NCBI GenBank assembly: GCA_963663765.2
Contig: CAXXUA010000004.1
Location: forward strand, 512,001-576,000
DNA length: 64,000 nucleotides
Reading direction: 5' to 3'
Origin: Candidatus Poribacteria bacterium
GTDB lineage: Bacteria > Poribacteria > WGA-4E > WGA-3G
Shown: positions 1-9,863 of the stretch, piece after piece
Layout of the letters: each line of letters begins with the position of its first letter
Position numbering within the stretch: the first letter of the stretch is position 1
Notes under the pieces: generated by a model
Told to the model about the DNA's origin: nothing
The model's database searches: none
The model's input: the letters and a program-made list of their open reading frames with translations, nothing else
Made by a program: the position numbers and the translations under genes

Positions 1-682
1 CTACTGAAACGATGTCACAGAATTCTTGAAGATTAGACCGTTTTCGAGGATAGACGGTGCATGTTTTTTCGCCGGGGGTTCGGACGTGTTCCACACATAA
101 AGCATGGTTCTCTCCACAAACGTCACAAGTGTTTTCCCCGGTATAATGATTGATGTATCCCTTATCACAGGCCAAGATGAGCTGATGGCACCTTGAACAT
201 ATCGGGTAGTTTTTTGGCCTGCAAAATTTATCTCCGCATTTGGGGCAGGCGTCAATATCGCTTTCTGTAAAATGGAGTCCAAGTTTGTCTATTAAATACG
301 AGGCCATGTCTCCTTGGAAAACACGTTTACAATTTATTAACGTACCTCTTCGGATACTGATGTTATTTCCGTTGACGCGTTGCGGAATAAAATCTAATGC
401 GATCTCTGTGATATACCGGAGTAGGTCCTTCTGTTCGTTTTCTGGCAGGTTTGCAATCGGTTTTCGAAGTTTGAGAAACGGTGTAACATCATCTAGGCGT
501 ACCTCTTTACTGACGGTCAAGAAAATGGGTATGATTGGATCATGCTCAAGCAGTTCTAAAGGGGTTTTAACTCCAAAATCGGTAAGGGTAGGATAGGGGT
601 CTCTCCCTTTCTCAAGCTTTTCCTTGTATTGATTTTCAAGGGTTCTGATGGGGTCAATCTGTATCTGCATCTCAAGGTTCAT
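1..682 (-). CDS. Cys-rich putative Zn-binding protein, partial (runs off left edge); not in ORF track
   Basis: Hand translation from ATG at 682 (GGAGG RBS upstream) is open to position 1: MNLEMQIQIDPIRTLENQYKEKLEKGRDPYP...CPKCGDKFCRPKNYPICSRCHQ...CDVCGENHALCVEHV... Confidence 0.75.
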   Translation of the reverse strand, partial: MNLEMQIQIDPIRTLENQYKEKLEKGRDPYPTLTDFGVKTPLELLEHDPIIPIFLTVSKEVRLDDVTPFLKLRKPIANLPENEQKDLLRYITEIALDFIPQRVNGNNISIRRGTLINCKRVFQGDMASYLIDKLGLHFTESDIDACPKCGDKFCRPKNYPICSRCHQLILACDKGYINHYTGENTCDVCGENHALCVEHVRTPGEKTCTVYPRKRSNLQEFCDIVSV

Positions 683-706
683 TTTAGGAATCCTCCAATC
701 CTCTAC

Positions 707-790
707 CCATAGGCGTCGACTTAAGAAAAAAGTGTTGGTGTTGATTCACTTCCACAATAGGTCAAAATCCTTAAGTATTGACGCATGTGG
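707..790. mobile_element. Degenerate MITE, CCATAGGCGTC-end family (same ends as 62637..62781)
   Basis: CCATAGGCGTCGACTTAAG ... CCTTAAGTATTGACGCATGTGG imperfect terminal inverted repeats. Confidence 0.55.
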
Positions 791-985
791 TGCAACCCGG
801 GGATTACCGTTGGGTGAATGGGTTTGGTAGAATACGAGTATAGCATTCTACATGATTTGCTATGATTTATACCTTTGATTTCTTGATTTTCCGGTCCTTA
901 CGACATAAATTAATAATCCACAATTTTATTCTATCTCAGAATATTTATTGAGGACAATTGCATCTAAAATCTACCAAAATTGAGT

Positions 986-2524
986 TTACGGTGATACGGT
1001 AGCAAGCGATTGTAACTCTTTGCCAATATATAAAAGCATCTTATCAAGACTCTGGTACATCTGAATAGTCTTGTTAACTTCACCAACTTTTATTATACGA
1101 ATTGCTTCTTGGAGTTGTGTATCAAACCTTAAGTCCACAATCTGTTCAATACCTACGTTGAGGTTAAAGAGTTGTTGCGCACGAAGTGTCATCCAACGTA
1201 GACTTACTCGATATCCATTCTGCATAAGTGTTTGTCGAAATGCTGGTAGTTCCTTTTCAAGCAAACTAAAATCTCTCGGAAGTTCTCCAGTACGCATAAC
1301 CTCCTGCTCAATCCAATTCGCAACAAAATCCTCTACCGAATCCTTTTCTATAACAAGTCTCTGCATAATCTGTTCCAATTTTTCAGGTTGTTCTTCGGCA
1401 ATTTCTACTTGAGGTGTAATACCAGATTTGTCAATAGATGTACCATTCGGTGTATAGTATGAGGAGATCGTAAGGGACATAGCACCAATCCCAGTAAGAG
1501 GATACCGTTTTTGAACTACACCTTTCCCATAGGTTTTTGTTCCAACAAGAATACCACGACCAGTGTCTTTTATCGCCCCCGCAACAATTTCAGAAGCACT
1601 CGCACTATATTGATCAACAAGCACAACAAGCGGTATTTTAGGATCACACAAGACTGCGGAATGTGCAGGATACTCGCCATCAAATACTGACTTTCTACCC
1701 TTCGTTGAAACAATCACACCTTCGTCAATAAACGCATCCGCGATATGATACGCGGTCTCAAGTAGTCCACCTTTATTACTACGCAAATCCAAAATCAAGG
1801 CTTTCATTCCTGCTTTTACATGTGCTTCAAGTGCGTTGTTGAATTCCTCTTCTGTTCCTCCAACTCGATCCTTTCCAATAAACTCAATAATTCGAATATA
1901 CCCAATCTTGTTATCAAGCATCGTTGACTGTACGCTGGAGATAGATATTTTGGCACGTGTCAATTTTACATCAAAGGGTTCAATAAATTTTCTCTGAACA
2001 GTGATCGTCACCTCAGAATCAACTTCACCTCTTAGTAAATCAACGACATCATCAATCGTCATACCCGATCTTTCACCCAAATATATCTGTTTCCCATTTA
2101 CCTTCGTGATATAATCTCCAGCTTTTAATTGCGCTGATTCAGCAGGGGTGCCAGGAATCGGTTTAGATATCTTAATAAATCCACGATGATCCGGGTAAAT
2201 GTTAATACCAAGTCCCCCAAATTCCGCATTGTATAAATTCTCAACTGATCGTTGATGGTCACGTTCTGATATGAAAAAGGTGTACGGATCACCTATTGCT
2301 GCAAATGCCCCTTTAATTGCTCCTAAATACATCTCGTCTCTGTCAATGGGTTTATAATAGTTTTTCTCTACAGTATATAAAGCCCTCTCAAGTGCTTCAT
2401 TCAACATTCTAAGTGTTATACGTTCTTTTTCATTTGCCGCATCTTTTTCACTTGAATGTATGAGAAGGAGTGGAACGCCAATTGCAATCACTAAAACGAA
2501 GATGGAGAGAGTGAATCTTTTCAT
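986..2524 (-). CDS. ctpA: Carboxyl-terminal processing protease, S41A family, PDZ domain
   Basis: DPYT, GGLGI PDZ, LDLRSNKGG, SASASEIVAGA, GTKTYGKGVVQ motifs; N-terminal signal/TM segment. Confidence 0.92.
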   Translation of the reverse strand: MKRFTLSIFVLVIAIGVPLLLIHSSEKDAANEKERITLRMLNEALERALYTVEKNYYKPIDRDEMYLGAIKGAFAAIGDPYTFFISERDHQRSVENLYNAEFGGLGINIYPDHRGFIKISKPIPGTPAESAQLKAGDYITKVNGKQIYLGERSGMTIDDVVDLLRGEVDSEVTITVQRKFIEPFDVKLTRAKISISSVQSTMLDNKIGYIRIIEFIGKDRVGGTEEEFNNALEAHVKAGMKALILDLRSNKGGLLETAYHIADAFIDEGVIVSTKGRKSVFDGEYPAHSAVLCDPKIPLVVLVDQYSASASEIVAGAIKDTGRGILVGTKTYGKGVVQKRYPLTGIGAMSLTISSYYTPNGTSIDKSGITPQVEIAEEQPEKLEQIMQRLVIEKDSVEDFVANWIEQEVMRTGELPRDFSLLEKELPAFRQTLMQNGYRVSLRWMTLRAQQLFNLNVGIEQIVDLRFDTQLQEAIRIIKVGEVNKTIQMYQSLDKMLLYIGKELQSLATVSP

Positions 2525-2635
2525 GAGTATACTCCAAACTTATGTATTGGTCAGACTGTTTTCTAATGTTGTGTTATCTGGATGATCATATATTATCACA
2601 ATCCCATTATATCTTCAATTGATTTTTGTATTGAT

Positions 2636-2818
2636 GGGTGTGTAAAGTTTTTGTAGAAACTCTGATATTAAAAGAAGTGCGTCCAGTTACTATCAAAGCT
2701 TGCTTGACGTTAGGGAACTGTGGACATCGTAGGGGCGAGGTTTCCTCGCCAGCGTAAGACTTCTTTTCGTGCGTGGAGACCCCGCCCCTACGCACAGTAA
2801 CCAAAACTTTACACACCC
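2636..2818. mobile_element. MITE with IS256-like ends carrying a GTAG REP pair
   Basis: TIR GGGTGTGTAAAGTTTT / AAAACTTTACACACCC; perfect 9-bp TSD TGTATTGAT (2627-2635, 2819-2827); internal CGTAGGGGCGAGGTTTCCTCGCC ... GAGACCCCGCCCCTACG. Confidence 0.85.
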
Positions 2819-2881
2819 TGTATTGATTCCCAATGACTCCATTTTGTTGGATGGTTGAAACTCAGATTTCCCCGTTTCACA

Positions 2882-3787
2882 TCATTTCGTATTCGGTCTC
2901 GTTTTCCATCTATTGTGTAACCAAAGCCATTGCTCCGGATATTCAATGATGTATCCCTCTAACGTTTCCATTAACTTTCTCGTCCATTTTTCAATATCTT
3001 TCTCAGTATCGTTTGTTTTTTCCAAGTGAATAGGGGGAGAAATATAAACACGATGTTTGTCATTAGGAAGGCGAATATCCAATGAGAAAATTATGGGTGC
3101 TCCTGTTTTCAAAGCAAGAGCTACAGGTCCTCTTGCAGTAGAAGCGAGTTTACCAAAAAAATCAACAAACACACCCTGTTCTCCAGCATTCTGATCGGCG
3201 AAAAATCCTACTGCATTTTTGTCTTTTAGTGTTCGTAACGTTTCACGAACTGCCTGCTGTTTTGGGATTATTTCTAAACTTAGAAGTTCACGCCGTCTCC
3301 AAATAAATGTATTTAACTTTTCATTCTTCAATGGAAATGCTATTGCTTTCCCACGATTTGGAATGAGAACTCCGTATACAAGCGAAAGTAGCTCCCAATT
3401 CCCAAAATGTGGTAAAAACACGATGACACCTTTCTCTTCAGATAATGCATTATAAAGATGTTCTCTACCTTCAACGGACACTTCATCCCAGATGTTATCA
3501 GCATTCAATTTTGTGAAACGCAGAAACTCAATAATTGTCTTACTGAAATTGACAAAACTCGCTCTACATATTTCAGTCCGATTTTCGTCACTTAGGCCGT
3601 TTCCAAAAGCGATCTGTAAATTATTAAGTGCTATTTCCCTCCGTTTCTTGAGAGTCATATAAAGCATTCTACCGATTCCGGTTGCAAGTATGATTGATAA
3701 CTTTTTAGGCAGCACATTACAGACCCAACTGAACGTCAACACCATCAGATACACGAAACTATCTTTCCATTTACTTCTTGTGGACAT
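2882..3787 (-). CDS. Lipid A biosynthesis acyltransferase (LpxL/HtrB family)
   Basis: HFGNWE, ADQ, FFG and YPEQWLWLHNRWK motifs; start placed at ATG 3787, just after the upstream gene. Confidence 0.9.
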   Translation of the reverse strand: MSTRSKWKDSFVYLMVLTFSWVCNVLPKKLSIILATGIGRMLYMTLKKRREIALNNLQIAFGNGLSDENRTEICRASFVNFSKTIIEFLRFTKLNADNIWDEVSVEGREHLYNALSEEKGVIVFLPHFGNWELLSLVYGVLIPNRGKAIAFPLKNEKLNTFIWRRRELLSLEIIPKQQAVRETLRTLKDKNAVGFFADQNAGEQGVFVDFFGKLASTARGPVALALKTGAPIIFSLDIRLPNDKHRVYISPPIHLEKTNDTEKDIEKWTRKLMETLEGYIIEYPEQWLWLHNRWKTRPNTK

Positions 3788-3791
3788 AACA

Positions 3792-5672
3792 TTACCTGTC
3801 CAATACCTCATCTAATTGCCATAGATAACCAAGACCGTCCCAACCACCTGTTGCTAACTTTTTTCCATCTGGACTGAAACTTACTGCTTTCACTCCTCCA
3901 ATATGAGCTAAACAAGTATTTATGTGTTGTCCTGATTCTATATCCCAGAGTTGGGTTCCTGCACCCCAACATGCAAGTGCTATGGTTTTTCCATCAGGAC
4001 TAAAAACGAGATCTTCAACAAGAGATATTCTAATGTCAATTGTTTTCTTGATTGTTTGGGTTTGGACATCCCAAAGTATAACTGTTCTATCTCTACTGTA
4101 ACTTGCAAGAGTCTTACCATCCGGACTAAAACTGACACAATTAACTTCTTTTGTATGTCCCTCAAGAGTCATTATATAATTACCAAATTGCATATCCCAG
4201 AGACGAACGTTCGTATCATTGCTTGCACTTGCTAATAGTTTCCCATCAGGACTAATACTTACTGCATTAACTGTCTGTGAATGTCCTTCTAATATACGGT
4301 TATCTCTTTCAATATCTAAATCCCAAATTCTCACAACACTATCACTACTTCCACTTACGACCTTCTTACCATTTGGTGAAAAAGCTACACACATAACAGG
4401 ACCATCATGATTACTGAAAATATGCTTTTGAGTTCCACTGGAGATATCCCAAATAATTACATTTCTAGCCCAACCCGCACTTGCGATATGCTTGCCATCT
4501 GGACTGAAACTACATGCCAAAACATATTCTTTATGCTTTGAAAGTGTTTTGATTAATTCTCCTGAATCAGAATCCCAAATACAAAGAGTTCCTTGGTCTC
4601 TATTAGCAGTAACCACAGATTTGCCATCTGGACTAAAACTAATGTCTCTTACCACACTTGTATGTCCTTCAATTGTATTTAAATGTGCTTCGTTTTCATA
4701 ATCCCAAAATCGTATTGTGCCATCTCTACTTCCCGTTACAATCGTTTTTCCATCTGGACTAAAATTGATACTTACAAGAGTCAATGTGTGACCAGTAAAA
4801 GCTATAAGACGTGTTCCCGTTTTTACATCCCATAATCGTAGTGTTCCATCTGTATGACCAGAGAGCAACATATTTCCATCGGGACTAAAACATATCGTTT
4901 GAACTAGTGATGCACCATTTGTAGGGAAAACATTAGATTTGCCAGATGCTACATCCAACAGCATAATCGCTCGTTCATTGAATGCACTTGCAATCGTCTT
5001 TCCATCCGGACTAAAACTAATGTTATTCACACTACGTGAATGTTTAGGAAACACATGTTTGATAGCACCTGATTCTGCATCCCACAGTCGAACTGTCTGA
5101 TCCCAACTTGCACTCGCAATCGTTTTCCCATCCGGACTATAACTAACATCATCTATAATGCCGGTATGTCCAGAGAGTATTCTAATTGTTTTACCCGATG
5201 CGACATCCCAGAGTCTGAGAGTTGGTTCTCCTTGTCCGCCGCCTGTTACAATCGTCTTACCATCCGGACTATAATTAACACTCCAGACGGTATCTTTGTA
5301 GCCAATCAAAACATCCTGAATTTCACCAGATTTCGCATCCCACAAAATCACTTTTCGTCCACTTCCTACACTTGTAATCGTCTTTCCATCCGGACTATAA
5401 CAAAAATCGCTACATGTTCCATCGTGGGCAGTTAGTAATGTAATTAACTCTAATGTATTAACATCATAGATCCAAATACAGAATTGTGTTCCAACTGCAA
5501 CTTGTTTACCATCGTGAGAAAACGCAACATCTTTTACAAAACTCTTACCAAGTCTGGCGTAAGTGCCTTGTGGCAAATTCATTTGAGTTATATCAGCTGC
5601 ATGAGCTATAGATGAAATAACAATTATAGCAATAAAGAGTATTAAAGAGAAATAGATGTGGTTGGTTTTCAT
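3792..5672 (-). CDS. Secreted WD40-repeat protein (probable double beta-propeller)
   Basis: Signal peptide ending AHA; family motif NLPQGTYARLGK; many GH...FSPDGK...LWD repeats. Confidence 0.93.
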   Translation of the reverse strand: MKTNHIYFSLILFIAIIVISSIAHAADITQMNLPQGTYARLGKSFVKDVAFSHDGKQVAVGTQFCIWIYDVNTLELITLLTAHDGTCSDFCYSPDGKTITSVGSGRKVILWDAKSGEIQDVLIGYKDTVWSVNYSPDGKTIVTGGGQGEPTLRLWDVASGKTIRILSGHTGIIDDVSYSPDGKTIASASWDQTVRLWDAESGAIKHVFPKHSRSVNNISFSPDGKTIASAFNERAIMLLDVASGKSNVFPTNGASLVQTICFSPDGNMLLSGHTDGTLRLWDVKTGTRLIAFTGHTLTLVSINFSPDGKTIVTGSRDGTIRFWDYENEAHLNTIEGHTSVVRDISFSPDGKSVVTANRDQGTLCIWDSDSGELIKTLSKHKEYVLACSFSPDGKHIASAGWARNVIIWDISSGTQKHIFSNHDGPVMCVAFSPNGKKVVSGSSDSVVRIWDLDIERDNRILEGHSQTVNAVSISPDGKLLASASNDTNVRLWDMQFGNYIMTLEGHTKEVNCVSFSPDGKTLASYSRDRTVILWDVQTQTIKKTIDIRISLVEDLVFSPDGKTIALACWGAGTQLWDIESGQHINTCLAHIGGVKAVSFSPDGKKLATGGWDGLGYLWQLDEVLDR

Positions 5673-5866
5673 TTACGAATCCTTATCTACATGGAGAATA
5701 AGAGTGGAAGTACTTAGATTTATATTCTATATAAATATTGGATAGATGTCAATATTAACCCTATCCTTGCGCGGTTATTCAGTTTTGAGAATCTATCGTT
5801 ATACCAGTTAACTTTGGGTTAAGATTAGTGAAATATATATAGGAATTTTTGTGGTATTCTTGTTTA

Positions 5867-6015
5867 TTGTCTGAACCAGGATTTTCAGGATTAGCAGATT
5901 TTCAGGATTTACCTCATCATGGGTTTTTGATATGCGTTTATGCTCTCTTTTGGAATAGGATTGGATGAGAAAAATCTTGATAATCTGCTAATCCTGAAAA
6001 TCCTGGTTCAGACAA
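5867..6015. repeat. Inverted-repeat element (MITE-like) with 9-bp periodic GATT arms
   Basis: TTGTCTGAACCAGGATTTTCAGGATTAGCAGATT ... AATCTGCTAATCCTGAAAATCCTGGTTCAGACAA; related degenerate copy near 43058-43246. Confidence 0.75.
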
Positions 6016-6080
6016 AGAATAAATATACTACCCAGATACTCTAAAAAACTACAAGACAAGATATTACCCGATTATTTAAT

Positions 6081-6238
6081 CAGGACTTACGCAGTTTTCA
6101 TGATCCAATCAAGAATTAAGACGAAAACGATGTAATTTTCAGCATTTTTTAGGTTTCCGGCGCGCTTACAAAGCACCAAATCAACGGTATGAATGCCATT
6201 TAGGCATTCCCCGCCTACCGTTGGGTGCGTAAGTCCTG
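6081..6238 (+). mobile_element. MITE family A (CAGGACTTACGCA ends), long 158-bp form
   Basis: TIR CAGGACTTACGCA / TGCGTAAGTCCTG; 5-bp TSD TTAAT; near-identical to 46055..46212. Confidence 0.9.
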
Positions 6239-6588
6239 TTAATTTATCTTCATGCGGGACTGAAGAGTATGGTTGATATTAACAATATTTCCTTATATTG
6301 ACACCTATGGGTCTCTGTGTCCCGTAATCTCTGTTTAATCAGTTGCGGCGGGGCACAGAGACCCGGCGAATGCCTTTGGGCGAATGCATGTATGGTATTC
6401 GCCACGATTCATACCGTTGATTTCGCACTACAATGGAGAATGAGCAGTTTGTGCAAATACTTTACACACTACCACAACTCTGAATTATTCATTGAATCAT
6501 AATCGCACTTTTGGTATACTTTCTATACGAACATAATTCTGCGGTTGGATATGTATAAGGAAAATCAGAAGAAGTGAGGAGAAATGTT

Positions 6589-7242
6589 ATGAAAAACCTA
6601 ATCGTTATTGCAATAATTACACTTATGGTATCATCTGCGTTTGCTCACACCGCAGAAACACAGATGGTTCAAGGAGAGTATATTGAAGCACGGTCAGTCA
6701 GTGTATATGTCGGTGCATGTCATTTCGGAGCAGAATACGTTGAAGGTGGTAAAGAAGCAACGTTAATTTGGAACATCCATAGCGGAAGTTGGAACAATGT
6801 CTCTTTGGACGGATTAACCGTTGTTGCTGTCGTAAGTGCAAAAAACAATCTTGCTCTTGATACAAAAACACGAAAAAGCGTGTTGTACATAGACTCAAAA
6901 GCAACTAAGAAACAACGTACTGCTATCACCAACATGTTGATAACAAAACATGCCGATGCTCTTGGAAAAGTCGTTTCTACAATAACTTCACCAGTCACAT
7001 TCCAAAAGAATGGCACGAAATATGATGTCGCAGTTAGCAAAGTATTGGCATTGTCAGTAAATCGTTACCCTTGTGCAAAATGCACACAACCCCATAAAAT
7101 TTGGTATGAACCCTTAACAAAAATTGGGAATGCAATCGTTGGAAAATCTGTCATCTATCGTTACAAAGACAAATATCTGCCAGTAAAGTGGCAACAAGGC
7201 GATGAAATTAACAATGTTTTCGTAGGTAGTTTTTCAATTTGA
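6589..7242 (+). CDS. Exported protein, DUF1326-like
   Basis: Signal peptide; GEYIEAR...GACH and G.WNNVSLDGL.V motifs recalled from DUF1326-like proteins; GAGGAG RBS. Confidence 0.65.
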   Translation: MKNLIVIAIITLMVSSAFAHTAETQMVQGEYIEARSVSVYVGACHFGAEYVEGGKEATLIWNIHSGSWNNVSLDGLTVVAVVSAKNNLALDTKTRKSVLYIDSKATKKQRTAITNMLITKHADALGKVVSTITSPVTFQKNGTKYDVAVSKVLALSVNRYPCAKCTQPHKIWYEPLTKIGNAIVGKSVIYRYKDKYLPVKWQQGDEINNVFVGSFSI

Positions 7243-7394
7243 AGATTTACACACAGAAGTGTAGACATACACCCAAACAATAGGTAGGCGGGGAATACCA
7301 TAGTGCATTCTCCACCTACCTATTAAGTGTGTAATTAATACCAAAATCTACCATAAACGAAACATATTACCTATACCCTATTCAGAATAGCATT

Positions 7395-8072
7395 CTACAT
7401 TGTATCTCTTAATCCAGCAATAGCACCTATCATCCTTACTCCCATTTGCTGATATTTCTCGCGTTTCACATCTGATTCTACTATGTCAGTAAAGTCAATC
7501 GGTTCCCCAAACCTTACTTTCAGTTGTGTGCGTCTCAGACGTTTCTCACCACGTGGTAACATCTTTTCTGCTCCTAAGTGATATGCCGGAATCGTGGGAA
7601 CTTTAGCGTGGTCTGCAATAAAACACGCACCATCATGTGCCTTACCCAAAGTTCCATCAAAACTGCGAGTTCCCTCCGGAAAAATTAGTACAACATTACC
7701 ATCCTTCAGAAGTGAGATAGTATTTCGCAATGCCCCTAAATCGGGTTTACCCCTATTCACAGGGTATGCATTAAATGTTGAAATCAGTTGACTCAATCCC
7801 GGCACTTCAAATACATTGCTACGTGCCATAAAATGTATCTCACGATTCGCCGCAGAACCAACAATAACTGGATCTATCAAACTGATATGGTTTGCAACAA
7901 TCAACACACCACCTTCTCTTGGAATACGAATAGCACCTTCAACTTCAAGATTTCCCACAACTTTACAGAATAAGTTTGTCAGTCTATGTGCCCAACGATA
8001 TAGTCGATTAGGAGTCCAGAATTGTTGGTTGGTATACCACATAAAAATCTTATAGTTTAATGTGTAAAGCAA
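7395..8072 (-). CDS. plsC: 1-acyl-sn-glycerol-3-phosphate acyltransferase
   Basis: NHISLID (HxxxxD) and FPEGTRS motifs; follows cmk; start may be ATG at 8042. Confidence 0.88.
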   Translation of the reverse strand: MLYTLNYKIFMWYTNQQFWTPNRLYRWAHRLTNLFCKVVGNLEVEGAIRIPREGGVLIVANHISLIDPVIVGSAANREIHFMARSNVFEVPGLSQLISTFNAYPVNRGKPDLGALRNTISLLKDGNVVLIFPEGTRSFDGTLGKAHDGACFIADHAKVPTIPAYHLGAEKMLPRGEKRLRRTQLKVRFGEPIDFTDIVESDVKREKYQQMGVRMIGAIAGLRDTM

Positions 8073-8083
8073 TCAGTTAATTA

Positions 8084-8755
8084 TTATGTTTCATTATTGA
8101 CTCTTGATACTATATAATCAACAACGTCGTCTATCGTCTTGCCCGTTGAGTCAACTACTATTGCGTCTTTGGCAGTTCTCAATGGACTATGTTCCCGTGA
8201 TTTATCCTTCTTATCGCGTTCACTAATTTCTTTCTCTACAGCATCCAACGTTGTATCTACATCCTGTGCTTTAAGATCAGCAAATCTACGTTTCGCTCGT
8301 TCCTGAACAGACGCATCAAGGTAGAATTTAAAATCCGCATTTGGAAAAACTATAGTTGTCAAATCACGACCTTCTGCGATGATATTTCCTTTTTCACCAA
8401 TACGCACTTGATGCGCAACAATTTCTTGACGTATCTCAGGTACTTTCGCAATGTCAGCAACTAATAGATTGATTTCTTGAGAACGTATCCTTTCTGAGAC
8501 ATCCTCGTTATTCAGAAAAATCGTTTTACCATTATTCTCAAATTCTATATTACACTTTTTAACAAGTTCAATCAGTTTTGTTCTATGATTTTCAACTTTG
8601 TTATCAATAGCAAGCACTGTAACTGCCCTGTACATCGCTCCAGAATCGAGGTATAGCAATCCAAGTCGATCTGCAACACACCGAGCGACGGTGCTTTTCC
8701 CAGACCCAGCTGGACCGTCCATCGCTATTGTCACACACTTTGTTTTCTTTTTCAT
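8084..8755 (-). CDS. cmk: Cytidylate kinase
   Basis: DGPAGSGKST P-loop, YLDSGAMYRA, EGRD, RDKKD..R.HSPL. Confidence 0.96.
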   Translation of the reverse strand: MKKKTKCVTIAMDGPAGSGKSTVARCVADRLGLLYLDSGAMYRAVTVLAIDNKVENHRTKLIELVKKCNIEFENNGKTIFLNNEDVSERIRSQEINLLVADIAKVPEIRQEIVAHQVRIGEKGNIIAEGRDLTTIVFPNADFKFYLDASVQERAKRRFADLKAQDVDTTLDAVEKEISERDKKDKSREHSPLRTAKDAIVVDSTGKTIDDVVDYIVSRVNNET

Positions 8756-8757
8756 TT

Positions 8758-9690
8758 CTAATGTTTATTTTCTCTTTGTTTTAATACAATTTCCTGTGCT
8801 TCTATCAGCAACTTTTGAATCTCTTTGATGTCGTTCTTTTCTAACAGTGCCTTGAATTCAATCATATTTTCAACCATCATATCAATATGTGAAATAAGAA
8901 CCTTTCTGTTCTGTAGGAAAATTCCAGACCACAATTCTGCAGAACCAGCAGCGATTCGCGTTGTATCCCGAAAACCCGTAGCCGTGAAGTCTAATGCATT
9001 CCCTCCTTGAGTGCCGACATTTGCAACTGTTCTTGCAAGGACACTTGCAGTCAAATGTGGCAGATGGCTTGCAGCACCAATGATGATATCGTGTTCCTTA
9101 GGTGAGCATATATACACATCCGAACCAACAAATTCCCATAGTTTTCTTACCAACTCTAATGCGTCAGCATCTGTGTCCTCAGTTGGCGTTAATATACAAT
9201 GAGCGTTTTCAAATAGATTGGCACGTGACGCATCAACTCCTGACTGATGCGAACCTGCCATCGGATGACCCCCAACAAAGGATATACCAAAAGACTCTGT
9301 ATCGTTTATCTGCCTTTCAACAGCATCTACAATAACTGATTTCGTGCTACCGACATCAGTAACCACCAGACTTTTCTGTTGTTTTCCAATCAACTCAATA
9401 ATCTCGGATACAAACATTGGTACAAGTGTAACAGGAGGACAAAGTACAATTAAATCACTTTCTTGGATTGCATAAGATAAATCAGTCGTTATATCATCTA
9501 CAGCATCAAGTTGTTTAGCTTTTTCAAGTCTACCGATATTCCGTCCTAATCCAATACGATGTCCCTGAAATCCGTTCCTTTTCAGTGATAGACCAAGCGA
9601 CCCACCTATTAAACCGACACCCCATATCGTTACCTGCCGCAGTTCATGTATATTTTGTGTAGTTACTTTCGGTTTAGATTTAGCAAACAT
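8758..9690 (-). CDS. tyrA: Prephenate/arogenate dehydrogenase
   Basis: GVGLIGGS, TDVGSTK, GGHPMAG, EHD....SHLPH, GFRDTTRIA. Confidence 0.94.
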   Translation of the reverse strand: MFAKSKPKVTTQNIHELRQVTIWGVGLIGGSLGLSLKRNGFQGHRIGLGRNIGRLEKAKQLDAVDDITTDLSYAIQESDLIVLCPPVTLVPMFVSEIIELIGKQQKSLVVTDVGSTKSVIVDAVERQINDTESFGISFVGGHPMAGSHQSGVDASRANLFENAHCILTPTEDTDADALELVRKLWEFVGSDVYICSPKEHDIIIGAASHLPHLTASVLARTVANVGTQGGNALDFTATGFRDTTRIAAGSAELWSGIFLQNRKVLISHIDMMVENMIEFKALLEKNDIKEIQKLLIEAQEIVLKQRENKH

Positions 9691-9863
9691 ACAGCAGAAT
9701 TCCTAAAGTTGAGTTTATTCAATTCTATGTTAAAACTTATCAATGTGTCAAGTGAAATCATCAAGCAAATTATTCCTATTTTTCAAAATATCCTTGAAGA
9801 ATTATACACCAACTGATAGAATAAAATAGATTTTTTCCTCAACTGATTTCAATTTTTGTAAAG

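Noticed and set aside
1-830. Track ORFs 1..282 (-), 240..596 (+) and 648..830 (+)
   Set aside because: They are alternative-frame or antisense shadows of the longer RBS-bearing minus-strand ORF from 682, or overlap a MITE relic.
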